64,000 nucleotides of DNA from Candidatus Kerfeldbacteria bacterium (GCA_963731735.1 CAVSWO010000002.1:64529-128528); one strand, 5' to 3'. Positions 8,918 through 18,465 are shown, counted from the first letter of the stretch. Notes: a model not told the origin generated them from the letters alone. Program-made: numbers and translations.

Positions 8918-11165
8918 CGGCTGGCGGCAATGACGCGCCGCTGTTCACGTCGCCGTGATACAGGGCCGCCCGCCAATCGAAGGTTGACGCCGCCTTGGGC
9001 GCGGCTTTGGCCGGCCCATCAACTTCAACAAACAACCAGTTCTTAAATGCGATCCAGATATCAACCACCATCTCCCAGACTCCGATGTACAGCAGGATCG
9101 CCCAGCTAGCCAACAGCGCGTTGAAGGCCGCAAAGATGGCGTTTCCCCAGTTGCCAGCGGTATAGCTGCGCACCAGGGTCAGGACGGAAAAGGCTACGAT
9201 CAACAACGGGACAATCAAGAACAGCGGACCCGAGACCGTTCGATCTTTAACTTTCGGCGTTCGCGCGAACGGAATTTTCTTTCCGGTCAGGGCTTGCTGA
9301 ATGGACTTCAGCACGCCGGCCAAGTTGACCGGCAACAAGATTAAGTTAAACCCATAAATTCGGAACACGTCCGACCGGTTATACCCGCAGTATTTCAAAT
9401 CACTAGCCATGGCCAGAAAATATGGCAGCGCCGCCAGCACGACCAAGGGACTGAGTAAGCGGCCGTCATACGGAAAGGCTAACATGAAGATCAGTCCGAA
9501 ACTGGCCCAGGCAATCGACGCCATATAATTAATGCGCAGCATTGTTTCGGCGGCCGGAATACTTTCCCGTTTGCGCTTGGCGGCGGACAAGCGCGCAAAT
9601 AATTTCGGCAGAATCAGCAGACCGCCGTTGGCCCAGCGCCGGCGCTGAACAATCAACGACCCGAAGTCCGGTGGCGTGGCGCTGTAACTCAGGCGTTCCG
9701 GATAATTCAGGAGCGTCCACCCGTGGGCGGCGATATCAATGCTTGATTCAGTGTCTTCAATCACCGTCCAATCCTGGATATAGCGCTTGATTTCAAAACC
9801 ACCAACCCATTCCTTTTCAACAATATCGTCGAGGGCGGTTTTGCGGATGACCGCATTGGCGCCGACCCAGAAGGTCGCGCCATAGTGGGTCATGCCCTGG
9901 TGTTGGATATGCTGGATATCGGTGGTCGCACCAGCTAAGCGTTCAATCCGGGTCGGCGCGCCGCGGAAAGCCGAATACGGCGTTTGGACAACCGCCACCC
10001 GTTCGTGATCGGGTTGCCGCAACAGGTAGACTAAGCGCAAACAATATTCCCGCAGCAAGATCGAATCAGCGTCCAGCGTCAGTAAGAATTCACTATCCGG
10101 AATAACCAGGTCGGCTTGGGCCGAACTTTTGACGGGGACGAGTGCGCGGCCGCTTGGCGTTTGGGCCAGCCGGTAGGCGCCGCCCATCAAACCAATGTAC
10201 GAGTTCAGGTTCATGGCCTTATTGGCCTCATGCGAGAGCGAAATGTAGGTCTTGCGTTCGAAAACGTCCAGGTCCCCGCTAAAAATCCATTGCAAGCGCT
10301 GGGACAACTGACTCAGGCGATCGGCCGAAAGATAGGCCTGGTCGCGAATCGAGGCCTCTATGGCTTTGGCCGTCACCGACAGTTCATTCGCCAGGGCCCG
10401 CAAAACCTGATCGGCAAAAAATACATCCACGTGGTCATCAATGGTTTCGCGTTTGGCCAAAGCCTGTAACCATTCGGCCGCCCAGCGGTACTCCGCGGCT
10501 AACTGCTTCTGAAAGCGTCGAACGGATCCCGATTCACTCCCGAGGGTGCTGACGCTCGGCAGGCGTTTGAATTTTTTTCGCGGCTCCGCGAACTCATCAA
10601 GAATGGTGTGTTTGAGGGCCCGCGTCTGGTCAAGTTTTTTGCGCGCGGCGGCGGTGGATTGGACCGGATTATCATCAACCAGCAAGACTACCCGCTTGTT
10701 CGGGTATTCCTGTAACAGGGCCGAGATCATGGTTTTGCGGATCACGGCAATTTCCTCGCTGTAGGATGGAATCAACACGGTTAAGGCCGGCTGGTGGCTG
10801 GTGAAAAAATTATCGAGATCGGCCCGCGGTACCCGAACGTGCCGGCTAAACCGCTGAAACGCGCCTTGCCGGGCAATCAGGAACAGTAGGGCTGAGAGGG
10901 TCAACAGGGTTACCACCAAGAGATAGCTGACCGCCTGGAGCGTAAATTGAAAGGTGTGCGGCCCGTCAAAAAATTGCCGGATAACCGTGTCAACCACGTA
11001 CAACGCCCAAAATAGCACGGTCAACACAACCGCCGTCCGGCTGAGGGTAATCTTACGGGTGGTTGGCTGCGCGTGCAGCATCGACAGCGGAACGGTGTTT
11101 TTTTCCGAACCCCATTGTCGTTTCCGGGTTGTACGCGAATTTGAAGACATTACAATAATAGCCAA
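8880..11165 (-). CDS. Processive family-2 glycosyltransferase (cellulose/chitin-synthase-like beta-glycan synthase)
   Basis: 761 aa. N-terminal TM segments, GT-A core with LTLDADS (DxD) and QRRRW (QxxRW) motifs, and multiple C-terminal TM helices. Confidence 0.75.
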   Translation of the reverse strand: MAIIVMSSNSRTTRKRQWGSEKNTVPLSMLHAQPTTRKITLSRTAVVLTVLFWALYVVDTVIRQFFDGPHTFQFTLQAVSYLLVVTLLTLSALLFLIARQGAFQRFSRHVRVPRADLDNFFTSHQPALTVLIPSYSEEIAVIRKTMISALLQEYPNKRVVLLVDDNPVQSTAAARKKLDQTRALKHTILDEFAEPRKKFKRLPSVSTLGSESGSVRRFQKQLAAEYRWAAEWLQALAKRETIDDHVDVFFADQVLRALANELSVTAKAIEASIRDQAYLSADRLSQLSQRLQWIFSGDLDVFERKTYISLSHEANKAMNLNSYIGLMGGAYRLAQTPSGRALVPVKSSAQADLVIPDSEFLLTLDADSILLREYCLRLVYLLRQPDHERVAVVQTPYSAFRGAPTRIERLAGATTDIQHIQHQGMTHYGATFWVGANAVIRKTALDDIVEKEWVGGFEIKRYIQDWTVIEDTESSIDIAAHGWTLLNYPERLSYSATPPDFGSLIVQRRRWANGGLLILPKLFARLSAAKRKRESIPAAETMLRINYMASIAWASFGLIFMLAFPYDGRLLSPLVVLAALPYFLAMASDLKYCGYNRSDVFRIYGFNLILLPVNLAGVLKSIQQALTGKKIPFARTPKVKDRTVSGPLFLIVPLLIVAFSVLTLVRSYTAGNWGNAIFAAFNALLASWAILLYIGVWEMVVDIWIAFKNWLFVEVDGPAKAAPKAASTFDWRAALYHGDVNSGASLPPAVDATGGSGGSHA

Positions 11166-11209
11166 GTTGCGAATCTCGGGACCGTTGGCCTACCGTAGAT
11201 CGACTTCAG

Positions 11210-11238
11210 ACACTACCAAACCGCCCATACAATGTCAA
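11210..11238 (-). promoter_or_regulatory. Sigma70-like promoter for the GT2 synthase gene (TTGACA-17-TAGTGT)
   Basis: Reverse complement reads cTTGACAttgtatgggcggtttggTAGTGT, about 45 nt upstream of the 11165 start. Confidence 0.5.
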
Positions 11239-11304
11239 GCTGGGATCAACAGCCAGCCGGTTCTCCCCGGGTAACGGGTAATACTTCCCGGGGGTGGAAT
11301 AGGC

Positions 11305-12966
11305 TTAGTCCGTCCGTAAATCCGTGACCGCAGCCGGCGCCGTCGTATCGGGAGCCGGGAACAAGATTACCGCGTCACCATTATTGAGCGAAACGGTGGA
11401 GACCGCGCCGGAATGCGTTCCATCGGCCTGCAAAATAACCATGGGTGCATCCAGCGTGACCGAGGCGGCCGTGGCGTCGGAATAATCGGAACAAGCGAAT
11501 CCGCCACGCGGTCGCACCAGGATGGTCGCGTTTGAATACTGCCGTTTGAAAATGGAATAGGGCGTACTACCGCTGCAAGCTTGCGGACCGGTTTGGATGA
11601 CGGTCGCATAATCTTGCGGTGTGCCAACGTCAATTTCATACGCTGGCAACCATTGGTCTTCAAAATCCAACGGATTAGGATTGGATAGCGTAATACATAG
11701 GTTCGGATCAAAGTACGCGCGACCCGATTCCGACGGCAGCTCACGCACCATGTAGTAACTGGCTAAGTCCCACATTTGATACCGATCTCGCGCAGTTGCA
11801 TAATTACTTGCCCCGAAACCATCCGGTTCATACACGCAGGGCGTATTGGTGAGTTCGAGGATACCACCATTCGTCGTCATCTGGTGGACTTTGTCAATAT
11901 ACTCCTGATACTGGGTGGCGCTTTGTTTAAAACTAACCACCGAGTGGAGTAATTCTGTAAAAGCGCCGCCGGCTGCCAAGTTTTGGGCGAAAGCATAATC
12001 GCCCATAAAATATTCGGCTGTATTGATCAGGGCAAATTTATTGACCGCGTCTAACCGGGAACGGAGATAGGTCAACCAGGTAACCACATCGGCGTTATAC
12101 TCCTCGTCAAGTTGGCTGAAACTTTGATCATTATAATTTTTCGGGCGCAATCCGCCATATTCGCGAACACCGCCACCAGAATCAATGATCGTGTCTAAAC
12201 CAATCGCCCAGCCGAGCGACGCGCCCGGACCATGTTCATCGAGAAATAACCCATCGATGTCCGTCGCTTCAGCGTCACCGTTATGCGTCATTTGATAGAT
12301 CAATTGATCGGCTTTCCATGTTTGCCAATCCGTATTCTTGAGATTCGGTACCCAGCGCGAATCATACCAGCGAAAGACCTGCATCCGACAGGCTGAAGTG
12401 ATCGGATCTGGTTCTGGACAACCGGTAATATTGACCGTGCCCTCAATAACGCCGTCTTTATTCCGAAAGCTGACCTGGGTATCTTCCGAGAAGTGTAAAT
12501 ACTGATCTTCAGGCAGCGAGGCTTCTGCCGCATTTGGTCCGTAGCTATATTCGCAGCCTAGATGCTGGCAAATTTCAATATCATTCGTATACCCATACGT
12601 CTTCATAGTTGGGTTCAGCGCCTTTTCAATATTCGACTCCAAATCTTCTTGATAATCACGGACCGCATCATCCATCGCCACTTCGGTCATGTCCACATGA
12701 CGAGCGTACCATTCGTACCCGGCATTCCGCACCGTTCCGTAGGGAAGATATTTCACTGCCCGTCCATTGTCTGCAATATTGATATGGGCCCAATGTGGCG
12801 AATTGGTGCTTTGGGTGCCAACCACCGGTTCGCCAACTGCCCGGACGATTGGTACGGTTGACTGCGAAGGCCACCAGACCATCAGCCCCGTCGCCAAAAC
12901 AATCAACATAAATGGAACCATCCACGGATGTCGATCAAGATGTGGAGATTTAGTACGATAGTCCAT
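11305..12966 (-). CDS. Secreted hypothetical protein, possibly a TIM-barrel glycoside-hydrolase-like enzyme
   Basis: 553 aa with an N-terminal TM/signal segment. No catalytic motif identified with certainty. The C-terminus ends in an Fn3-like start motif, PAAVTDLRTD. Confidence 0.35.
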   Translation of the reverse strand: MDYRTKSPHLDRHPWMVPFMLIVLATGLMVWWPSQSTVPIVRAVGEPVVGTQSTNSPHWAHINIADNGRAVKYLPYGTVRNAGYEWYARHVDMTEVAMDDAVRDYQEDLESNIEKALNPTMKTYGYTNDIEICQHLGCEYSYGPNAAEASLPEDQYLHFSEDTQVSFRNKDGVIEGTVNITGCPEPDPITSACRMQVFRWYDSRWVPNLKNTDWQTWKADQLIYQMTHNGDAEATDIDGLFLDEHGPGASLGWAIGLDTIIDSGGGVREYGGLRPKNYNDQSFSQLDEEYNADVVTWLTYLRSRLDAVNKFALINTAEYFMGDYAFAQNLAAGGAFTELLHSVVSFKQSATQYQEYIDKVHQMTTNGGILELTNTPCVYEPDGFGASNYATARDRYQMWDLASYYMVRELPSESGRAYFDPNLCITLSNPNPLDFEDQWLPAYEIDVGTPQDYATVIQTGPQACSGSTPYSIFKRQYSNATILVRPRGGFACSDYSDATAASVTLDAPMVILQADGTHSGAVSTVSLNNGDAVILFPAPDTTAPAAVTDLRTD

Positions 12967-13010
12967 GGCGCTTAAGTGTAGCGCAAGGCATCCAGCCGGA
13001 CAAATTGCCT

Positions 13011-13568
13011 TTATTTCTGCTTGGCTCGCTCGATCAGTTTCAGGAATACGTCGCGGGTGGTCTCAACGTCAACCAGTGCCCGGTGCGCTTTCGGCTGCGG
13101 GATTTTTAAATACTTGGCCACGTTCTGGAGGCGGTAACTCGGCAAAATCAGATACCGCTTGGCGATTTCGATTGTGTCCAACACCTGATTCTTGATCCGC
13201 GGTAAGCCCAGGCGATCCAGGTGCGCATTCACGAAACCGATATCAAACGGCGCGTTATGGGCCACGATGATACTGTCGCCAAAAAACTCAACCAATTCCG
13301 GAATCACCTCGGACGGATTCTGACCTTCGGCCTGGACCTGTTCATTGGTGATGCCGTGGATCGCCATCGAGTCGGCCGGAATCGGACGGCTCGGTTTCAG
13401 CAGTCGGACAAATTCCCCGGCCACGTTGTTGCCAATCAGCTTCTGGGCGCCGATTTCAATAATCTCATGCCCTTCGGCCGGTTCCAGGCCGGTCGTTTCC
13501 ACATCGAAAATAACGAAACTTGGAGTTGCCATCCCGGGCAGTATACGGACTTTTCGCCGACGGAACAA
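13011..13568 (-). CDS. DEDDh 3'-5' exonuclease (DnaQ/epsilon-like)
   Basis: FVIFDVETTGL (Exo I), HNAPFDIGFV (Exo II) and HRALVDVETT (Exo III) motifs. 185 aa. Confidence 0.8.
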   Translation of the reverse strand: MFRRRKVRILPGMATPSFVIFDVETTGLEPAEGHEIIEIGAQKLIGNNVAGEFVRLLKPSRPIPADSMAIHGITNEQVQAEGQNPSEVIPELVEFFGDSIIVAHNAPFDIGFVNAHLDRLGLPRIKNQVLDTIEIAKRYLILPSYRLQNVAKYLKIPQPKAHRALVDVETTRDVFLKLIERAKQK

Positions 13569-13652
13569 GCCAGGCGTGGGGACAAGCCGGCGGAAAACCT
13601 GCGCAGAAGTCGGCTTTGCTTCGGGTCCCCTGATTAGGGTAGACTGTCAGGG

Positions 13653-15044
13653 ATGGCAAATGGCGTCAACACGAAACAATCCCTCGACCAGGCCGCTTTG
13701 CGCGTCCCCCCGCACCAGCTTGAGGCGGAGCAGGCCACCCTGGGATCGATTCTGATTGACCGCGACGCGGTCATTAAAATTGCCGATCGGCTGTCGCCGG
13801 AAGATTTTTATGTTGACAAGCATCGCTTGGTCTACGACGCGATGCTCACCCTGTATCAAAAACATGAGCCAATCGACATTATCGCCTTGTCGAACTTGCT
13901 GCAGGAACGGAACCAGCTAGAACCGATTGGCGGTCGGAGTTTCCTGGTTTCACTTTCGAGCATCGTACCGACCGCGGCCAACGTCGTGCAGTATGCTTCG
14001 ATCATCCAAAAGAAGTCGACTTTACGACGATTAATCGGCGCGGCCGGACAAATGGTCGAGCTTGGCTACAAAGAAGACGAGGATGTCACGGCCCTGCTCG
14101 ATCAAGCCGAGCAATCGCTGTTTAGTGTTTCCCAGCGCTACCTGCGCCAAAACTTCATCAACATCCGCGATGTCTTGCATGAAGCCTTTGAACGCATCGA
14201 CCAGCTGCACAAACAATCCGGCCAGCTTCGCGGCGTCCCGACCGGCTTTACCTCGCTCGACAATATGCTGGGCGGATTGCAAAAATCCGATTTAGTAATC
14301 TTGGCTGCCCGGCCTTCGGTCGGAAAAACTTCCCTGGCGCTCGACATCGCCCGCAACGTAGCCCTGAAAACGAATATGCCGGTTGGCTTGTTTTCGCTAG
14401 AAATGTCCAAGGAACAATTGGTGGATCGGTTGCTGGTTTCGCAGGCTAATGTTGATCTGTGGCGGATGCGGACCGGCCGGTTACAGGATGATGATGATTT
14501 TCAACGGATCGGCCACGCCATGGGTCTGCTGGCGGAAGCCCCGATCTTTATTGATGATTCGGCCGCCGCCAACATTATGGAAATTCGGACCAAGGCTCGG
14601 CGTTTGCAGTCTGAACATAAGCAACTCGGATTGATTGTGATTGATTACCTCCAGCTGATGGAAAGCCGAACGAGTGAAAACCGGACCCAAGAAATTTCCG
14701 AGATTACCCGCGGTTTGAAATCAATCGCGCGTGAATTAAATGTTCCGGTGCTGGCCCTATCGCAGCTGTCCCGCGCGGTTGAACAAGAACGTCCGCCGAT
14801 TCCAAAACTCGCTCACCTGCGTGAATCCGGTTCGATTGAACAAGACGCCGACGTAGTGCTGTTTATTTACCGCAAAGCGGTTTATGATCCGGACCTGCCG
14901 CCGGATGAAAAAAACCTGGCCGAAATCATTATCGCCAAACATCGCAACGGCCCGACCGGCCGCGTCCGGCTATCCTTCGTCGAACGCAAAGCCTCGTTTG
15001 ACAACCGCGAAGAACGGATTACCGAGAACCAGTTCGGGGGATAA
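13653..15044 (+). CDS. dnaB: Replicative DNA helicase DnaB
   Basis: 463 aa. N-terminal DnaB domain (LEAEQATLGSIL), Walker A (GKT) in ARPSVGKTSL, Walker B (IVIDYLQLM), and RecA-like fold motifs. Confidence 0.9.
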   Translation: MANGVNTKQSLDQAALRVPPHQLEAEQATLGSILIDRDAVIKIADRLSPEDFYVDKHRLVYDAMLTLYQKHEPIDIIALSNLLQERNQLEPIGGRSFLVSLSSIVPTAANVVQYASIIQKKSTLRRLIGAAGQMVELGYKEDEDVTALLDQAEQSLFSVSQRYLRQNFINIRDVLHEAFERIDQLHKQSGQLRGVPTGFTSLDNMLGGLQKSDLVILAARPSVGKTSLALDIARNVALKTNMPVGLFSLEMSKEQLVDRLLVSQANVDLWRMRTGRLQDDDDFQRIGHAMGLLAEAPIFIDDSAAANIMEIRTKARRLQSEHKQLGLIVIDYLQLMESRTSENRTQEISEITRGLKSIARELNVPVLALSQLSRAVEQERPPIPKLAHLRESGSIEQDADVVLFIYRKAVYDPDLPPDEKNLAEIIIAKHRNGPTGRVRLSFVERKASFDNREERITENQFGG

Positions 15045-15066
15045 AAAAGCCACGCGGACGCGCGGC
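15043..15066 (-). terminator. Intrinsic terminator for the minus-strand gene 15079..15372
   Basis: Reverse complement reads GCCGCGCG-TCCG-CGTGGC followed by TTTTTTA. It sits between convergent dnaB and the 97-aa gene. Confidence 0.55.
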
Positions 15067-15078
15067 TCGAACTCGGAT

Positions 15079-15372
15079 TTATTTGTCTGCAATTTCAGAC
15101 GCCGTGACCAGAAACTTACGGGCCATCCGATCATGCCAAGTCGCTCGGCGTGGTTTTCGGATCGGAATCAGGCCCATGATTTTCTTGGCCACCCGACGCA
15201 GGTCGGGATTGGTAAATTCCTGTAGCCAGGCCGCGTCCGGGTTGCTGCCAGCCAGTCGACTTTGGGCGATTCGTAGTAACGTATTCGAATCAGCCGGTGC
15301 CAGGAACGGCAGTGCCTGGGTGGATTCCTTGACCCGCTCAGTGCTCATGATTCGGCTCCTTCCTTGAGTCAA
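15079..15372 (-). CDS. Hypothetical protein (97 aa)
   Basis: ORF immediately followed by a minus-strand intrinsic terminator. An overlapping plus-strand ORF is less supported. Confidence 0.35.
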   Translation of the reverse strand: MTQGRSRIMSTERVKESTQALPFLAPADSNTLLRIAQSRLAGSNPDAAWLQEFTNPDLRRVAKKIMGLIPIRKPRRATWHDRMARKFLVTASEIADK

Positions 15373-15449
15373 CCAGGGACAAACCAGCTGCGCGCTCTAA
15401 GGGGCAAATCTCCTTCTCACACGCTATGTCGGGACCGAGAAAAAGTCAA

Positions 15450-15478
15450 TTGATTCGGGTGGTCGGCTGTGGTACAAT
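15450..15478 (+). promoter_or_regulatory. Sigma70-like promoter upstream of ybaB (TTGATT-17-TACAAT)
   Basis: TTGATTcgggtggtcggctgtggTACAAT, about 95 nt upstream of the 15575 start. Confidence 0.45.
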
Positions 15479-15574
15479 TGCTACCTCCGGTCAGTCCTTG
15501 AAGTCCCGCTTCGCGGGTTTCGGCCGCACGAACCGGCCCCGGAATCTCATCCGATAATTATCCACGATACACGT

Positions 15575-15880
15575 ATGGCAATGTTCTCGAAATTGAAACA
15601 ATATAAAGAACTTCGCGACCAAGCCAAGACCATGCAGAATGCCCTGGCCGAAGAAATTGTCTACGCCGACGCGGCCGGCGGTAAAATTCAGGTCGTGATG
15701 GACGGCAATCAACACGTCAATGGCGTGCAAGTTGATCCGGAATTAATCAACCCGGCTAAGAAGTCGGATCTCGAAAAAGGCTTGCAGGACGCCTTTAATA
15801 ATGCCGTGAAGAAAGCCCAGACCGCTATGGCTAAAAAGGCCAAAGACATGGGCGCCTTGAATTTGCCGGGCATGCAATAG
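15575..15880 (+). CDS. ybaB: Nucleoid-associated protein YbaB/EbfC
   Basis: 101 aa. Typical YbaB pattern: QAKxMQxxL...GGKIQVVMDGNQHVxxVQVDPELI...DLEKGLQDAFNxA. Confidence 0.85.
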   Translation: MAMFSKLKQYKELRDQAKTMQNALAEEIVYADAAGGKIQVVMDGNQHVNGVQVDPELINPAKKSDLEKGLQDAFNNAVKKAQTAMAKKAKDMGALNLPGMQ

Positions 15881-15996
15881 TGCCATCTTTTCTGGAGACC
15901 CTTCGGCTACGGCCACAGGGATACACCAGGTGTATTCCTGAGTAACGCGAAGGATCTCTACAAGCACAAAGTTTAGACATGGACGAAGCCTAACGT

Positions 15997-16596
15997 ATGG
16001 CACAATACCCGCCTGCAATTGAACGACTCCTTCAGGAGTTAACCCGACTGCCCGGCGTCGGCCCGAAAACCGCCGAGCGGTATGTTTTTTCGTTACTTCG
16101 TCAATCACCCGAACGCTTAAAAACCTTTGGTCAGGCCGTCCAGCATCTCCGCGACACGATCGTGAGTTGTGCCGAGTGCTTTAATTTCGATAGTCAATCC
16201 CCTTGCTGGGTTTGTCGAGACAAACAACGCGACCGCAGCTTGATTTGCGTGGTGGCTGAAACGCCGGACCTGCTGGCGATTGAACACACCGGTGCCTATC
16301 ATGGCTTGTATCATGTATTGGGCGGTACGGTGAACGCGGTCGAGGGCCAGGGTCCGGACCAGTTACGGATGAATGAACTTTTTCAGCGCATCCAAACCGC
16401 CGGTATCCAAGAAGTCATTTTGGCGATGAATCCGGATATTGAAGGTGAAACGACAACGCTCTACTTGAAGAAAGCCCTGGAATCACTCAAGGTCAAAATC
16501 ACCCAACTGGCTCGCGGCATCCCGACTGGTGGGGATGTCACCTACCTCGATGAAGCCACCCTCGGTGAAGCGATCAATCACCGCCAGGCGGCGTAG
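15997..16596 (+). CDS. recR: Recombination protein RecR
   Basis: 199 aa. HhH motif (LPGVGPKTAERY), C4 zinc finger (CAECFNF...CWVC), and Toprim domain. Conserved ybaB-recR synteny. Confidence 0.9.
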   Translation: MAQYPPAIERLLQELTRLPGVGPKTAERYVFSLLRQSPERLKTFGQAVQHLRDTIVSCAECFNFDSQSPCWVCRDKQRDRSLICVVAETPDLLAIEHTGAYHGLYHVLGGTVNAVEGQGPDQLRMNELFQRIQTAGIQEVILAMNPDIEGETTTLYLKKALESLKVKITQLARGIPTGGDVTYLDEATLGEAINHRQAA

Positions 16597-17865
16597 TTAT
16601 TGGGAAAATTCAATTTGCAATACATTTCGGTTGTCTAGACCAGCTAGAATACTTTTTGGTGTCGGGGAAAATATGCTCATCAAGGGTGATGGCAAGTAAA
16701 CGGATAAGTCTTGAATGGTATCATGGTTAATGATATTTAATGCATGACTCCGATACGCGCCAACCAGTAATCCTAAATCACTTGGGACTAAATGGCCAAC
16801 ATCAGAGTTATCAAAGTTTTTGAGAATGTCTTGTTTTGATAACACCTGATTGCCATCAAAACTATACAAGCGCGGGGTAGGTTGCCCAGCAACAGACGTA
16901 AAGGAAAGCCACCAAGATTGATTGTACCAAGCGAGCTGGTTATTTGTTAGTCCCGAAGTTTGACTAAACAAAGTTGAAAAATCAGTAAAAGTATTTCCGT
17001 CATAAGTCACAAAAATAGTTTGTGCCTTGTCTCCGGTATCGGCCTGCACGATCTTTTCGCCGCTGAAGGCCCATACAGATCCGTTCCAAGCAATATTTTC
17101 AACTCCTGAAAAATTATTTGATTTCATTTTAAATGTCTGCCCATCGTATTCGAGTATTACTCCCCCAACCGAATGGGCATAATTACACTTTGTAGCAAGC
17201 ATCCAGACGGCCCCGTTCCAAGCAATGTCTACCACCGTGCAGGCATTGTTGCCAATGTTCCCAGGAATAGAAAGCTTTGATAGTTTTTGGCCATCATATT
17301 TTAAAACGTCATTACCATATGGCAGCAGCCAATATTGGCCATTCCAAACTGGATGGAATTTATAGACATGCGCTTGCTCATTAATTGCAGTATCAACCAC
17401 AAAGAATTTTTTGTTTTCAAATTTTAGTAATGTGTAGTACCAGCCGGCTGAGCTTGAGGCCATTAAACAGTAGGTTGCATTGCATGCTATTTCCGAAACG
17501 TCTCCAGCACTATATGGTGTTGCGAATAAATCTGAATGAAAAAAAGTAGTTGCAGGTAACTGGATGCTTTCAGTATTTGTATTTCCTACAATGTTCGTAT
17601 TCGTATCTGTGGAATCATTTGTCTTTGTTTGGACGTTAGCGTTGTTAGTTTCTGGACACTCCGCAAACGCACAATTCGGACCCGTACGGCCAACTACGGA
17701 ACCATCTGGACACACCTTGCCCTCACTGGTACAAGCCACCAAGTTTGTATTCGTTCCCGTTTGGCGATGTGCATTTGTACTGGAGAACGAGAAGTACATA
17801 ACGCCCAAAAAAGCGGCCAGTGAGAAGAACGTGATCAGGGCTGGAACAAGCGTGGTATTTTTCAT
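16597..17865 (-). CDS. Secreted/membrane-anchored hypothetical protein with a Cys-rich N-terminal module and Trp-rich repeats (paralog A)
   Basis: 422 aa. N-terminal TM helix, module C-x-CPDGSVVGRTGPNCAFAECP, Asn/Thr-rich linker, repeated AWNG(S/A)VW units suggesting a beta-propeller. AT-rich coding sequence. Confidence 0.55.
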   Translation of the reverse strand: MKNTTLVPALITFFSLAAFLGVMYFSFSSTNAHRQTGTNTNLVACTSEGKVCPDGSVVGRTGPNCAFAECPETNNANVQTKTNDSTDTNTNIVGNTNTESIQLPATTFFHSDLFATPYSAGDVSEIACNATYCLMASSSAGWYYTLLKFENKKFFVVDTAINEQAHVYKFHPVWNGQYWLLPYGNDVLKYDGQKLSKLSIPGNIGNNACTVVDIAWNGAVWMLATKCNYAHSVGGVILEYDGQTFKMKSNNFSGVENIAWNGSVWAFSGEKIVQADTGDKAQTIFVTYDGNTFTDFSTLFSQTSGLTNNQLAWYNQSWWLSFTSVAGQPTPRLYSFDGNQVLSKQDILKNFDNSDVGHLVPSDLGLLVGAYRSHALNIINHDTIQDLSVYLPSPLMSIFSPTPKSILAGLDNRNVLQIEFSQ

Positions 17866-17877
17866 GGCTAGGAAGAA

Positions 17878-18465
17878 TTACGTTGAGGTCTTTGGAACGA
17901 GTTGCAGTAACCAAGTTCCATTTGATTGGAGCGTGCCCCGGAGGTGCAGTTCGGCCGCTTGATACCCATCTACCGTAATCGTCATGCTTTCGTCGACATC
18001 GTTGGCTGGAATTACAATTTTTCCGTTCTCGAGCGCGCCGGTCCAGGTTCGCCCGTTGGTCTCGCAGGGAGTCGTGACGCAACGTACGCCGTTGTCACTG
18101 TAAACGGAAACCGGGGTACCGTCTTGAATCACGCCGTCATTCGGACCATACAACCAGACGGTCAGATCTTGTGCGGTGTTCGTATTCGTGTTGGCAGCGG
18201 AATTGGTAACGGTGGTGTTTGGATTGCTGATCGCATCCGGACAGGCCGCAAATTCGCAATTCGGACTGGTCCGTCCGACGAATGACCCATCGGGACAGGC
18301 CATGGCATCATCCGTGCAACCCACCAGATTCGTCAGAGTGGAGCGATTCGCATCTTCATCGCGCTGCGCGGTGGTGCTGGTAAGCGAAAAATACATCACG
18401 CCCAAAAAGGCGACGATTGAGAAAAAGCCGATGAGAACGGGTATTACAATGGATCCTTTGCGCAT
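17878..18465 (-). CDS. Secreted/membrane-anchored hypothetical protein sharing the Cys-rich N-terminal module (paralog B)
   Basis: 195 aa. N-terminus FFSIVAFLGVMYFS...CPDGSFVGRTSPNCEFAACP aligns with paralog A. 12-nt spacing to the downstream paralog. Confidence 0.55.
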   Translation of the reverse strand: MRKGSIVIPVLIGFFSIVAFLGVMYFSLTSTTAQRDEDANRSTLTNLVGCTDDAMACPDGSFVGRTSPNCEFAACPDAISNPNTTVTNSAANTNTNTAQDLTVWLYGPNDGVIQDGTPVSVYSDNGVRCVTTPCETNGRTWTGALENGKIVIPANDVDESMTITVDGYQAAELHLRGTLQSNGTWLLQLVPKTST

